DNA of 64,000 nt, taken from the NCBI RefSeq assembly GCF_008831285.2, contig NC_045138.2, forward strand, positions 9,052,001 through 9,116,000, in the 5' to 3' direction. Position 1 is the first letter of the stretch, and each line of letters starts with the position of its first letter. Shown here in pieces: positions 1 to 13,473 of this stretch. This stretch comes from Nymphaea colorata. Its lineage: Eukaryota. The position numbers were made by a program, and so were the translations under genes. The notes beneath the pieces are model-generated. The model was not told the DNA's origin. It did not search any database and was given only the letters and a program-made list of their open reading frames with translations.

Positions 1-3000
1 CCACGACTTGCTCACCCTCCACCACAAGGGTTTCAGGTTCAATGGTTTTAGCCTTACGCGAAGGCATGGTTTCTCAACTCCAAGTAAATACGGCCTGAAG
101 CAAAACTGTCAAAACTGAACTGAAACTACTAAAAAAACTGAAGCAAACTGAGATATAAACACTGCTGCAGCTACTAGAAAACCAAGTGTACAATCTGCCC
201 AAAAACTGCTAGAAAACCAAGTTCGATTTTGGCCTCAAATCTGCCCTATCAACTCCCTCTTTGGCCAAAACTAGCAAGCTGATTTTCGAACGTCTCCAGT
301 GGCCTCCAAGCAGCAAAATCCAGCAACTAGATGTCCTCCAACCACTCTGATACCAACTAATAGGGTCTGCCCAAATGCGGCTACGAAATCTCTAAGATGC
401 CGTCGAAGACCCTCTCCAAGATCTAGGAGGAGGTTGCCGTTACAAGGATTAAATGTTAAATACAAAGAGTGGTTCCCACCGGACAGTCGCCCCGGCTGAA
501 AAATAGGACAAGATAGTACAAAAATGGCTTCCCCAATCTCGGCTTGATCCTACTACAATGTCTAGAATAGGTGTCAGACTTATTACAAAGCGCAACGATA
601 CATCAAAGCACTCTCCTCACTCAACATTCATCAAACCATTCAAACCACCCTGTCATTCAATCCATAGTCGGAGCAAACCACACCCTTATCCCTAGGTGGT
701 CCACAACCCAGAAATCGTGTCCTTGGCAAGGTGCCTTGGAGGGATTCCAGCCGGTTGTTAGTGCCAATGGCGGGTTAGAAAGCAAAAAACTCCCTTTCCC
801 CGGATCTATAGGGTGATTTGATGTTACCACCCAAGGCCATGCTTGGGGACTCCTCGAGCTTCACCAAAGGGGATAACCGGTGGCAATAGGGCTGCTCCCT
901 TTGGTATATGCAGCCACGTCCACCCTTTGCGGAGCCAAACTCCTACTTGGGCAAAATTAGAACAAGAGAAAATCAGGTCCTACTCGGCAAATAAGGGAGA
1001 GAAAGGAATGTGGATCTAGTCACCCGATCGGATTTCGACCCCTAGTTGATTTGTGATGTGTAGGAAGAAGCAATCGCCAATGTCGCTTGGTGGACGCACT
1101 TCCTTCTCTCCTTCGGGCTGCAATCTCCCACGGATAGGTGTTGAAGCCTACAATTGTCTCGCTGGAATCAAGATGTAAGAGGCAAAACCAACAAGAATCA
1201 AAGTATACAAGTGAATGAGAAATCAACTTTTAGATGAGGAAAGCCGTCACCCGTAACACCAATTCAACCCCGGTCTTTGTAATGAGAGGGGGAGGCAATC
1301 GCCGGAGCGCCGGCGGACGTTGAGGCCATCCTCAAGTTACGCTCCTATCCTCCGTTCACGTCTCCTCCTAAGCCACGGACCAGCCACCTCCACTTGCACG
1401 ATTCGTATGGGAGAAATCGCAATCAAGTTTCAATCAAATAAGATAGGGAAGTTAAGAAGCGGATGCACTTCACCGGTTTCACAAAAGACCCCTAAGAAGC
1501 AACGTAGATAGGGGGAAGCAAGTGTTGGAAGCGCCAACACACGTGTCTTCCTTCTACTCCGGTGAAGTTGAGAGCTCCAGCGAGGAATGTTGGTCTCTCT
1601 CCGGCGGAATGTCTCTCTCCTTGCTCTCCACGGCTCCTCAGTTTCTCCAAGATTGGTCATCCTCTTACTCACACGAGTTAGGGCTGAGAGGCCTCCCCAA
1701 GGTGGATGTGAGACTCCCTCCTAGGATCGTGGAAGAATTTCTTTCAATCATGCGTTGAGAATCTCCAGGGATGGCGCCAAGATCTTGCCTTAGTTGGATG
1801 ATGCCCAGGTGCATTGCACCTAGCCCTCGGATTGTACTCCTTCCTATTTCGTTGGAAGGAAAATAGGAGAGGAGATTTGGGGCAAGATGTGGCGAGCTGG
1901 CCTTCTCCCCGTGTAGAGTCGAGATCCTAGAGGGAATCTGAGCTGGCGCACCTTCCTTGTTGAGCCACGTCCAGATTCAATGAACCTAAGATGAAAGGAT
2001 CTCCTTCCCAAACTAATAGGAACGGATTTGAAAATAATCGTTCCTTCCTTGGCGCGCGTGGGACACTTGGCGTCCGTTCCAAAAAGCCTGCGTGGTTTTC
2101 CTTATCCGTCACTGATTTGGCAACTCAGCTGGATGACAAATGACCTGCGAGCTGCCACGTATCACCCATGCAATCCGCAGCTGATTCCCTTTCCGGAATT
2201 GTCGCTAAAAGATAGAAGGGAGGATCGCCCTAAGGAACTTTCCTTTTGGGACGAAAAGAGACTTGGCGCGCCCTCTTGCTTTCTTGCGGCGCCTTCCAAG
2301 ATTGTCTCCTTAGCTGCTGGGGACTTCCTCCTCGTGTTGACACCTGGCCCCCCAAGCAATCTGTGACCGATCTCCCTTCCAATTGCGTCGCCAAGAGATT
2401 GGGCAAGGATGATGGCGCCAAAGGTTACCTTTTTGGTACCCTTATATGCTAGGGTTTGAGCCCGCTGTTCTTGACAGAATTGTCCATGCTTGATTTTTGG
2501 ATATGTTGTAGATATTTTAATTACAAATCCAACGGTATATGGCTCGCCTTAAAACTCCTCTGGAATCGCCGGAAACAGCCTCTGCAAGTGGCGGATCTGC
2601 GGCAGACTGCGTCTGAGCGGCGGTGGCGGAAACAGTGAACTTCCGTGGTAGTTTTGACTGCCTTCCTTTGGTCCGGTCGATCTGAAATTTTAGTATGTTG
2701 TAGATGAGGCCGAGATCTTTCCAATGAGCTATAGATCGCCATGAAACTCCCTGTCTCCAGATATACCTATTTTATTCAGAATAACTCATGTCTCCCCCTT
2801 CATAAATCTGAATCTCGCCTCTTTCCGCGATTTTCCTTCTTCTTTCCGCTTTTGCTCATCTTTCTTCCACACGCCTTCTTCCTCCTCGTTCCTAGTCCTC
2901 CCTTTATGACTCAGAAATATGGTAGAGACTAGGGTCACCTTATCTAACTCGGATTCACCAGAGAAATACCAAAATTTAGGCGGCTGGAAAAGAATCCTGC

Positions 3001-4185
3001 CAGATGCTCCTGAAACTCCTCACAATGCCTCCGAAGATAGATCTTCTTCTCCACGCGATACCGCCGGTCCAGTCCTAGTTAGACGAGGAGTTTCCCCCTC
3101 AAATGCAAGGCTAGGGCCTTTACCGAAATCTCACCCACCAAGTATTAGGAAGAGCGGAATACTTGGCTAATCGGGTGATGATCTCTTCGGATGTCATTGA
3201 TGAAGAACCGGCGGGCAGAACCACGACACGTCGTCTTCTTCACCTCCCTATGGTGCAGCTAGCTGCCTCTAAATCCCCTCGTGATCAAAGGAAGTGCACG
3301 GCCAACCACCCAAGGATCCCTTGGTTCAGGTTCGTTGTAGCAATCCACCGTCAATTGCTACCGTTGACCATTGATCTAGCGAATTCCTTCATTGATCTCA
3401 TGGCAAAGGTGAGTGTTGTGGTGTAGTGCTCAAGGTTGAGCCACGCCCTAGGGGCCATAGTACTCTCCACGCATGGAGGAAAGAGAAACTTCAAATTTCA
3501 TTAAGCAAGCATAAACAAAGTGTCTCGGTTTTGGCTTAAATACAAGTGCCAAACCGGTTCAAAGAAATGTCTCGGGATGAGAAGCTAAACAAACCAATCA
3601 AACGGTACAAAAGCAAATTAAATCATCCTAAGTGCTCAAATCCGAATTGGGCCAAAGGCCCCACCTCGCCCAGGTCTGCCTGAGCTTCGCCAATACGATC
3701 CTTGAAGTAGGCTCGAGCCCAATGCTCTTGATCCGCACCCAGATCATGTTTTCTCCTCGCCATGCCGAGCCCACCTTCATCTAGGTTGATCGTGCCTAGG
3801 TCTTCTCCTTCCGGACTAGGTGAGTACGAGTCTTCCTTACCTAGACCAGGTGGGTCTAGGTCTCCTAGGCCAAGGTCACCTAGGCCTTCTACGAATCTTG
3901 CTCCCTTAGCCTCGCTAAGAGTCGCAACGCGCCCCTCGCTTTGCTCCAACCCGTTTCATGCTTTTGTTGAGGAATTAACCTCACGAGAGAGAAGTCTGCC
4001 ATCTTCCGCAAACGCCAAGGTGGAACTAGAAAAGTTAACCTCGCTAAGCATTTGACCCGCTCCTGTAGTCGCTCCCACCTATTTTCGTAAATCTCATAAG
4101 AACAAAAGTTTGCCTCACAATAAGAAGGGCGCCTTCGGCGGAGGTACCAACGTGGGAAGTACGAGTCCTAGGTAGGCTCATATCA
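1..4185 (-). mobile_element. 5' end of an LTR retrotransposon: long (~3.8 kb) LTR at 358-4185, tRNA-iMet PBS, and internal region running off the left edge (probably Ty3/gypsy)
   Basis: CTCTGATACCA (reverse complement of PBS TGGTATCAGAG) at 345-355. On the minus strand the segment starts TGATATGAGCC at 4185 and ends ...CCCTATTA at 358, which reads as TGATA..TATCA termini with one mutation. The block is GC-richer and non-coding. The second LTR and TSD are outside the window. Confidence 0.6.
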
Positions 4186-6568
4186 AGGCCCATGATAAAA
4201 TTTTTAAAAACTGAAACTAATGATTAATGTTGTTCGAGCGTTGAGCATCCATCAGGAGGCGATGGCTCCCCCCACCTCTTTCAAAAGGGGAGACTGTTGT
4301 CTTCTCCATGACACTAAAGTCCTCCCAACCCCCACCCCGTCTAACCTTTTTATTTATTTATTTATTTATTTATTCCTTTTTTTCATTCACAAAATGTTGA
4401 TTTGAGGTAGGGGAAGTCCAGGCTGTAATTCCTTGCCTCAAATTTTGTAAAACTAAAATGGAGAGGCTGACACCTCCCCCATGCTACTGGCGAGCTGCTG
4501 CCACCTTCCCCTCTTTTGCTGGAGGCGTCTCCCCAACACGAGCATTATGCCAATGCTATTTGAAATGGCAATATTTTTAAGATATTTTTTAATGGTGGTT
4601 TACAGTTTACACTACTTTTAGCGATTTAGTAAAACAGCTGAGAGTCTGAGACAGCAGATGCATTGGAGACCACTACTGACAGAGCTATATAAGGCTGCCT
4701 TGATGGGTAAGAGGACTGAAAATTGGAACATAAAAACAAAATTAACCTCTGGGCAGTCTGAAACCCAAAATGAAGGTGACCCCTCAATGGCATTGACTAA
4801 ATAAAAGTTTTTGGAATACGTCGAAACCATTCACTGGTCGGACCTAAGATTTGGCACCTAAAAATTTATTTTGGATCTCCCTGTTTTCCTGCAAGCATGG
4901 ACTCTTATCTGATTCTTTGTGGAATCGGTGACACCCTACATTCTGGTTCAGAAGCGAAGCTTTTGTGACCTTCTAAATCTCACAGACAAGACCAGCCATG
5001 CTGGTAGTAGGAGACTATAGTCCTTCATCGCCGGTACCTTAGCAGGCAGTGCTGGCTTTGGGAAGGTGGAAACAGTTGGGGTTAGCGGGGGGCACCTGCC
5101 CCTCCCCCTCTTACCCCGTCAGCAAAAAGGGACAGCTCTGGTGGGCTGGCCCTGGGACGGTTGAACCACCACCAGAGTCTGGTCTAGGTTTAAGTTGTTG
5201 ACTTTAACTTGATTCAGCATGTGGCTCATGCTCATTTGACCTTTTAGGCAGCGAGGGAGAAATGTGGAAGATGTCAACTCAGTGGCTGAGTTAAAAATTT
5301 TTGGCTGTCCTAAGTTAAGCTTAGTACAAAGCTAAACATGTCAATTAAAAGTGACCCCGACTAAGACGAGGCAACGCTCAGGTCCACAAGGGATTGTCTG
5401 GTAATGACAACAGTTTGTAAATGTTATATGAATCTGCTTCAAATGTTGGGACACCTAAAAAAGTATTTCACCAATCTGTCCTATTTTTTGGGGTATATTC
5501 GTGAACAGTTATGAACTATTCTCATTGCCAAATAATCCCATTGGGGTACATCTTATGGCTACTCTACCCACACAAACCCACGTGTTACTTCCACCGCTCT
5601 GTCAAATTAAAGACTTTGAACAAGTCTCAATGTTGTCATGCTATTTTCTCAATTCTGTTTAGTTTTACTTTGGGGTTGTCTTTGTAAAACTTGGCAGTAG
5701 AGTCTACTCTTCTTTTACATGGGATAGCACTTGAGGACCCAATTTGAGTCTGGGCACTACTGACAGCACTAGGGCTTAAGCTACATTAGCTCAACATAGG
5801 GCTTCAAATAAGAGCATGCACTTGCTTCAGTTGGATCTCAGCCAAGAAATCAATGCATCTATGTTCAAGTATCAATAATCAGCTAGGATCTTTTGGGCCA
5901 AGGATGCAGTTTTCCTGTCATCAAATGCCTTATTAGGGCCCAGTGGGTGATATAGAACCAAAACTGGTTTTTAGTATACTAAACTTTGATTGTAGACCAG
6001 CTTTTTGACAAACCCGATTTACCAAATCTGGATTTTCCAGTATTTGGGTGCTGAAAATCTGGTTTTAATTCATTAAGTGTAGCTTATACACATGCACCAA
6101 CTGGGTAAAAGGTCATCATGGTTATGCAGCAAAAGAGATCCCAAATAACCCACTTTTCCAGCAATAGGTGCGGGGGTTAAAGAGTTTTATATTTGGGTTG
6201 AATCCAGTGTTTACTTGATTCTATTTATTTCAGATTCCATGTAATTTCATTTAGGTATAGTCTCAGACTTTGTTTTGAAACCAAATTTAGATATATGGGA
6301 CTAGCTTATAAGATTAATCAGGTCGGATTTGGACCGAACCCCTATTGAATGTTGGACTAGGATTTAGATTCAGTTATATGTCCATGCATAACACGGACTG
6401 GCCATACCCATAGCTTGTTTAGTAAGTACATTGTTCATACATCACCAAAAACAGCCATTCCTGCAATTAACAACAATGGAATGACCTGTAAAGTGGTCTG
6501 AATGTGGAACAAAGTCTCCTGGAGCACAGTGTATTTTCAATTATAACTTGTTCACAAGTCCCCCATTC

Positions 6569-9500
6569 ACAATAAAACAGTCCAAACCAACTAGTTTGAT
6601 AGTCAGACATGCACAAAACTGCTGAAAATCAAAATCACAGAGCTGCGAGTATAAGATCGAGTTTCCAACACTAATGTTGCAACAATATATATCAAAATAT
6701 ATACTAAATAATGCAGAAAATAAGAGACACCAATTTACATAGAAAAACCCCCAATAATGGAGTAAAAAACCACGGGCAAGAGAGACTTTATATATATCAA
6801 AAGGAGCCAAATACACCATCAGCAATTTTCCAAGAGAAAAATAACACTCTCTTATATGAATGAAAGAAAGAGCTCCAAAGAAACAAGAAAATGATCACCC
6901 ACTGAAGACTTTCTTCATTTCCTCTTTCTTCTTTGTCTTTCCTCTCTCTTCTTGGCGTGCCGATCAACCAACACAACCTTGCTACAATTTCTCCTTCTTC
7001 TCTTTCTTGCCTTTCTCTTCTCCTTCTTCTCTTCTCTTGCTATGAGCTGCCACAAGAGGAGACCTCTTTTCTTTTTCCCAAAAGAAAACCACGAGGGGGA
7101 GAGAGTCGTGAGAGAGATGAGGGCACCATCGGGTGCCCTTCCCTTTTCCTCTGCCCGTTCACTTAAGTGATGGGTCGGGTCGGGTCCTCACTTGAGGCTG
7201 GACCCAACCTAACAAACTCTCCCTCCAGCCTCAAGAGAGATCAAACCTGCAAAAGAACAAAATTAATGCAATACCTTAAAGGCAGTTATCCCAACTAGGT
7301 CTCTACACTTGTTATGCTTTTCTTTAAATAAAGACTTCGCCATCATACTTGCATAATTGTTCTTTGTATGTATCTTCTCTAACTGAATCAGTTTTTGCTC
7401 AAGCACATCATGAATCCAATGATATCTAACATCAAGTTCTTGGTCTTTGAGTGGAACACTGAATTCTTCGCTAAGTGTATAGCACTTTGGCTATCACAAT
7501 GCAACACATAGGTCATCTGGCCAAGGCTTATATCATGAAGAAAAAACTCTTCATCCACAACAACTCTTTACAAACTTCAGTTGCTGCAATATATTCTGCA
7601 TCTATAGTGAAAAGAGCAACACACTTCTGCAATCTGGACTGCATGATACTGCTCCTCCTGCAAAAGTAAAGTCATAACCAGAAAGAGACTTTCTAGAGTT
7701 CAAGTCACCTACCATGTCTGCATCAACAAATCCTTGTATCTCTAGATTAGATTCACCAAAACACAAACAATAATTGAAAATATGTTTAAGATACCAATGC
7801 TCCTTGCCTGGATTTGACAAGAACCTGCTCACTATACCAACTGCATAAGCCAAGTCTGGGCATGTGTAAACCATAGCGTACATGAGACTCCCTACTACTG
7901 AGACATATGGTACATTCTCCATTCTTTCTTTCTCATCTGCTGATGATGGACACTGAAATGCTCATTTCCCAATTTAAATGTGCTACTAAAGACATACTTA
8001 CTGTTTTGGCATCTTTCATGCTAAACTTGCTAAGCACATTCTCAATGTATTTCTCTTGTGATAACCACAACTTCTTGACCTTCCTATCATGAACAATCTT
8101 CATGCCTAACAATTGTTGTGTTGGCCCCACAAGTCTTCCAACTCCAAGTCTAGACAAACCACCAAACCAAGTATTACCCTGATAGATGACATTTTAACAA
8201 CAGGAGAAAAAATTTCATCAAAATCAATACATCTTTCATACTTGAAACCTTTCACCACTAACCGGGCTTTGTATCTCAACTTGCCTTGGCCTTCATTTTT
8301 AAGCTTGTAGACCAACTTGTTTTGCAACACTTTCTTACCTTTTGATAGCTTTACCAAATCAAAAGTGTGATTTTTATACAAAAAAATCATCTCTTCCTGC
8401 ATAGCTTTAATCCATTCATCTTTATGCACATCATCTAACACTTCTATATAGGATTCTGGTTCTCCACTATCTATAAACATAATATATTCATCAGTAGAAT
8501 ATCTAGTAGATGATATATGTGTTCTTTTACCTCTTCCCAATTGCTCTTCCATTGGTTCTGAATGTGCAGGAAGCTCCCTCTCTAACTCATGCTCATGATC
8601 AGTTTGAGTCTCTATAGGACTGTCATCTGTATATTGCTCTTCTGCCTCTATTTCCTCTTCCTATACATTTTCATCAGCTTCACCATGCTCAGATGAAAAT
8701 TCTTCAGGTTTTGCATAGGTTGGCTTATGAACACCACTAGCATTCACACATAACTTTGTGTTTCCCATGACATCTTCAATAGTCTGATCATCTCTAAAGA
8801 CAACATCACTACTCTTGTAGATTTTGTCATTTTTTAGATCCCACATCATGTAATCAAATTCATCATCTTCATAACCAAGAAATATTAGAGGAATAACTTT
8901 ATTATTTAGTTTGGTTCTATGTTCTTTAGAAACATGCATGAAAGCATTGCAACCAAAAACTCTGAGGTGATCATACTTAACCTCTTTATCTAATCAAACT
9001 CTCTACGGAATGTCTCTATCTAGAGGCACTGAAGGAGATCTGTTTATCAAATAAACTGCAGTACGCATAGCCTCTGCCCAAAAAATACTTGGACAACTTA
9101 GAGTTAGATAGCAAACTTTTGATTCTTTCAACTATGGTTCTGTTCATCTTTTCTGCAACTCTATTATGCTGTGGAGTATAGAGAACTGTCTTTTCATGTC
9201 TAATTCCATGCTTTGGACAACTCTTAAAGATGAAGCTACGTACTCACCACCATTATCTGTACGCAGTCTTTTCATTTTCTTACCAGTCTTGTGCTCAACC
9301 GCTGCTTGAAAAGTCATGAAGATACTACTTAATTCACTTTTGTTTTTCATTGTAAATGTCTACACCTTCTTAGATGCATCATCAATAAATGTAACAAAAT
9401 AAGATACTCCACCTTTAGATATCACATTTATAGGTCCTCACACATCTGAATAAATTAAATCTAATACATCTTTAGTTTTTAAAGAGCATTTTTTCTGAAA

Positions 9501-11718
9501 AGAAATTCTATGCAACTTACCAACCAAGCAATGATCACAAGGAGATAATTGTGCACCATTTGTCTTTGGTAACAAATTCTTCTTGGTGAGTAAATCAATT
9601 CCTCTTTGACTCATGTGAGCTAAACTCATATGCCACAAATCTGACGAAGTGCCGTCAGTAACTGCATTTACCTCCACACTACTAATTCGAGACTTCATAC
9701 CATACAAAGAGCCAAATCTGCGACCTCTAACCAATACTCATGCCCTCTTTGTCAATTTTCAACCAGTTTGACTAAATGAAGTACAATATCCATCTTCACT
9801 TAGTTTTCCTGCAAAAATCAGATTCATTCTAAGATCTGAAACATGTCTCATATCTCTCAAAGTCACTTTGTGTCCTATGTTCATGTCAATGCAACATCTC
9901 CTATCCTAACAATCTTCGAATTCTCACTGTTGGCCGTGTGAGCTACTCTAAGATCACATGCTCTATAGGATAAGAACAAATCTCTACATGGTGTGGCATG
10001 ATATGATGCCCCAGTATCTAAAATCCTTGTAAAATCACCATTCTGAACTGTAAGTCAATCATTTTCTTCAAATAAAAATAATACTACCTTATCATCTGAA
10101 GCAACTGCAGTATACTATTTTTTCACACTCTCTTGACTCTTTTTTTTTTGTTCTTTTTCTTCTTTCCATTTCTTGTAATCAATCTTTTTGTGACCTGGAA
10201 TACCATAGTGAAAGCATTAAAACCTGATATCTTGGGCCTTGGTTTGGACGATGATTTTGATCTGTCATGCCATTTGTTACGGTTCTGTCTGCCCCTGTCT
10301 CCCATCACTAGCACTTGTGAGCTGGTGGTACCAAGAGACTTTCTCCTTGTTTTTCATTTAAAATGCTGCTGGTTACATGCTTCATCGTTAGCACACAATC
10401 TGGAGCAGAGTTGCTCAAAAAAACAACTAAAGTTTCCCAACTATCGAGAAGATAACTGAGCAATAAGAGTGCTTGTAACTCATCATCTAGTATCATTTTC
10501 ATGGCCGACAACTGATTGATTATGCTCTGTACTTCATTCAAATGCTCTGACACTGGTTTTCCCTTTCTAAGTTTCAGATTTACCAATTGCCTAATCAAGA
10601 AAGCCTTATTTCTAGCTGTTTTCTTCTTGTAAAGATCATGCAACTTCTACCATAACGACTTCGCACTCGTCTCTGCGGATACCAAATGAAAAACACTATC
10701 ATCTAACGATTGTCTCATGGTGCCAATGGTTTTCCTATCCAATAACTTTCATTTTTCATCTGTCATATTCGCTGGTTTCTGGTTCTCAATGGGTGTATAC
10801 AAATCTTTACAATACAGTAAATCTTCTACTTTTGTTTTCCATATAGTCCAATTGTTTCTATTTAGAGAGATCATCCTAGTGGGGGTCGATTCCATCCTTC
10901 AATAAGAGTGCACACAATGAACCTGACTCTGATACCACTTTGTTATAGATGTTTTCCCCAAAAAGAATATTTAAGAAGACAATAACCAGCCAAAAACAAC
11001 TCTCAAAGCTAACACAAACGCTCCCAAACTTCAACAATATATTTGTTCAATAATTAGGCCACTAATGGCAGCTTTCAATAGCAATAAAACAACCCAAACC
11101 AACTAGTTTGGTAGTCGAACATGCACAAAACTGCTGAAAATTGAAATCACAGGGCTGCGAGCATAAGATCGAGTTTTCAATACCAATGTTTCAGAAATAT
11201 ATATCAAAATATATGCCAAATAATGCAGAAAATAAGAGACACCAATTTATGTGAAAAACCCCCTAATAATGAGGTAAAAAACCACGAGCAAGAAAGACTT
11301 TATATATATCAAAATGAGCCAAATACACCAGCAGCAATAACACTCTTTTATGCGAACGAAAGAAAGAGCCCCAAAGAAACAAGAAAGAGATCACTCAATG
11401 AAGACTCCCTTCATTTCCTCTTTCTTCTTTGTCTTTCCTCTCTCTTCTTGGCGTGCCGATCAATCCACGCAACCTTGCTGCGATTTCTCCATCTTTTCTT
11501 CCTTGCCTTTCTCTTCTCCTTCTTCTCTTCTCTTGCTGTGAGCAGCCACAAGAGGAGACCTCTTTTCTTTTTCCCAAAAGAAAACCACGAGAGAGAGAAG
11601 AGAGAGAGTCGTGAGAGAGATGAGGGCACCATCAGGTGCCCTCCCCTTTTCCTCCGCACCGTTCACTTAAGTAACGGGTCGGGTCGGGTCCTCACTTGAG
11701 GCTAGACCCGACCCAACA
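6569..11718 (-). mobile_element. Degenerate Ty1/copia LTR retrotransposon (Tnt1/Tto1-like, Tork lineage)
   Basis: 5' LTR at 10941-11718 (TG..CA), PBS at 10927-10937, PPT at about 7215-7226, and a homologous but truncated 3' LTR at about 6569-7214. Gag, integrase (LRTDNGGEY), RT (FDEIFSPVVKM) and RNase H (DADMVGD) fragments lie between them. Confidence 0.92.
7280..10895 (-). pseudogene. Disrupted copia gag-pol
   Basis: Starts MESTPTRMISLNRNNWTIWK at 10895. ORF pieces include NKAFLIRQLVNLK, LWHMSLAHMSQRG..CDHCLVGK, GEPESY..KARLVVKG and PYVSVVGSLMYAM. Many stops and frameshifts are present and the RT core is deleted near 8135. Confidence 0.9.
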
Positions 11719-12222
11719 AACAAAACCAAATAATTTATAACATTATATCCATAGAAGTTATATTATGGAACATACATAACAATGGCAGTGGCAGATTTAA
11801 ATCCACTATTGGTTGTTTCCCTAGTTTCCCTTACGATAAACCACCACAGTGGGACAGCCTCTGAGAAATGAGAGGCAGTCGAGTTATATGCAAGTTAAAA
11901 GTGTATAACAGGAATAATCAAATTAAAATAAATAGGGAAGCAAAGTTTAGTAAAAAAGTACCACTGATCTCAATTTTCATGACCTAGATCTATTAGAAGG
12001 CTAACTGATAAAAAACTGAGAGAAGTAGGCCTCAAAGGATTAGGATAGGCAACTTATTGACAGCAATATCAAACATGACCTCAGATTCTTGAATTTCCAA
12101 GCATTCAACCCCTCTTTTTCAATTTCTAATTTTGCCTTACATTTCATGCAAAGTATGTTGAAGATAACAAGTTATTTTGATAAACAGAATAATTTCAATA
12201 TGCTGTCAACGTTTTCTGTAAG

Positions 12223-12453
12223 TCACTTGTTTGATGCTTGATCTTGATGACGAGATTCTGATTCTAAATTATTATTAGCCTCCATTTTAACTGCATTTGC
12301 TAATCCTTCTGCTAAAGCTTGTGCTTCCATCACTCTTTCATGCGTAGCTTTTGCCATGGCTCGCATGTTCCTTTCTTCTCCTTCAAGCTGCATGTTCATT
12401 ATGATTTCTGCTTCTTTGTCAATTGGCTTGAAGTACTCATTAATTGCAGATTC
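12223..12453 (-). CDS. Putative terminal exon of an uncharacterised plant coiled-coil protein gene (may be a pseudogene)
   Basis: TTGCAG acceptor immediately before 12453, followed by an open 76-codon frame ESAINEYFKPIDKEAEIIMNMQLEGEER...NK-stop. The composition is protein-like. Upstream exons could not be established. Confidence 0.6.
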   Translation of the reverse strand, partial: ESAINEYFKPIDKEAEIIMNMQLEGEERNMRAMAKATHERVMEAQALAEGLANAVKMEANNNLESESRHQDQASNK

Positions 12454-12779
12454 CTGCAATTTCCAAATATGTGGACAGTTAGGAAAGATAAAGAAGGCTT
12501 CAACAGTAGAATGAGTTTGTTAAAGTTCCTATCATTCATTTCTTGTACTGCAGGTTCCAGAACTAATTATGAAATATCATTGACAAAGGAATATGTTCAT
12601 CCAACATTCACATAAGCACGTTTTTTAAGAGCCCATTTGATAGTTGGATACGTGGAGAACAATTCATTTTCGTATTCAGAAAGAAGGAAAAATGATAATT
12701 CTTTCAGGAACCACCTCCACCCACAGAACAGACAGTCCATGTGGACTGTAGAGGCATCCTCTTGCCGCCACCTTTTCTG

Positions 12780-12816
<37 letters not shown>

Positions 12817-13473
12817 CACACACACACACATGCCAGTGGAGAAAGGCATAAAACCAGACAAGCTGGACATATTTTCAGTTTGGCAAACAAAAGCCAGACA
12901 GTAGTATAGCTTGTCCACTTTGACAAAAAACCTGATCTTCCAAGAACATATCTTCTTCGCCCCAATTGCTATCTAAGTGTATTTCTTCCAAGATCAAATT
13001 GTCATTTTCATACAAGAATGAGAGCATAGGTCTGATACTAACTAAAAACCAAAGGTTCTAAACTGACCAATCTTGAGCACAAGTTGGAGACTATTCCACT
13101 TTCAAACAACGAAGCTGCAGGAGCATGCATACATGAACCGGGAATAAAGCCAAGGCCAAGCTCAGCATGTCAAACATCAGATTCTTGAGGGGCTAGGCCA
13201 AGAAATGTTGCCATAATCATGAAAAAAAAAAATCATGAGAATGGAGGTTCTAGAGTTCCTTGTTTTATTTTACATTAAGATTTAAGAACTGAAGTTAAGC
13301 ATGTGCTAGTCTGCATCCATTATACAGAAAATTGTACAAATCCAATTGACCCAACTCCAATTTTGAATCAGAAAACCATCCCAACGCTCTGTCCCATCAA
13401 GAATCCAAAATATGTAATGAACAGGCTAGGATAATTTATAAATTTGAAAAAGCTGCTTCAGCATGAACACTTA

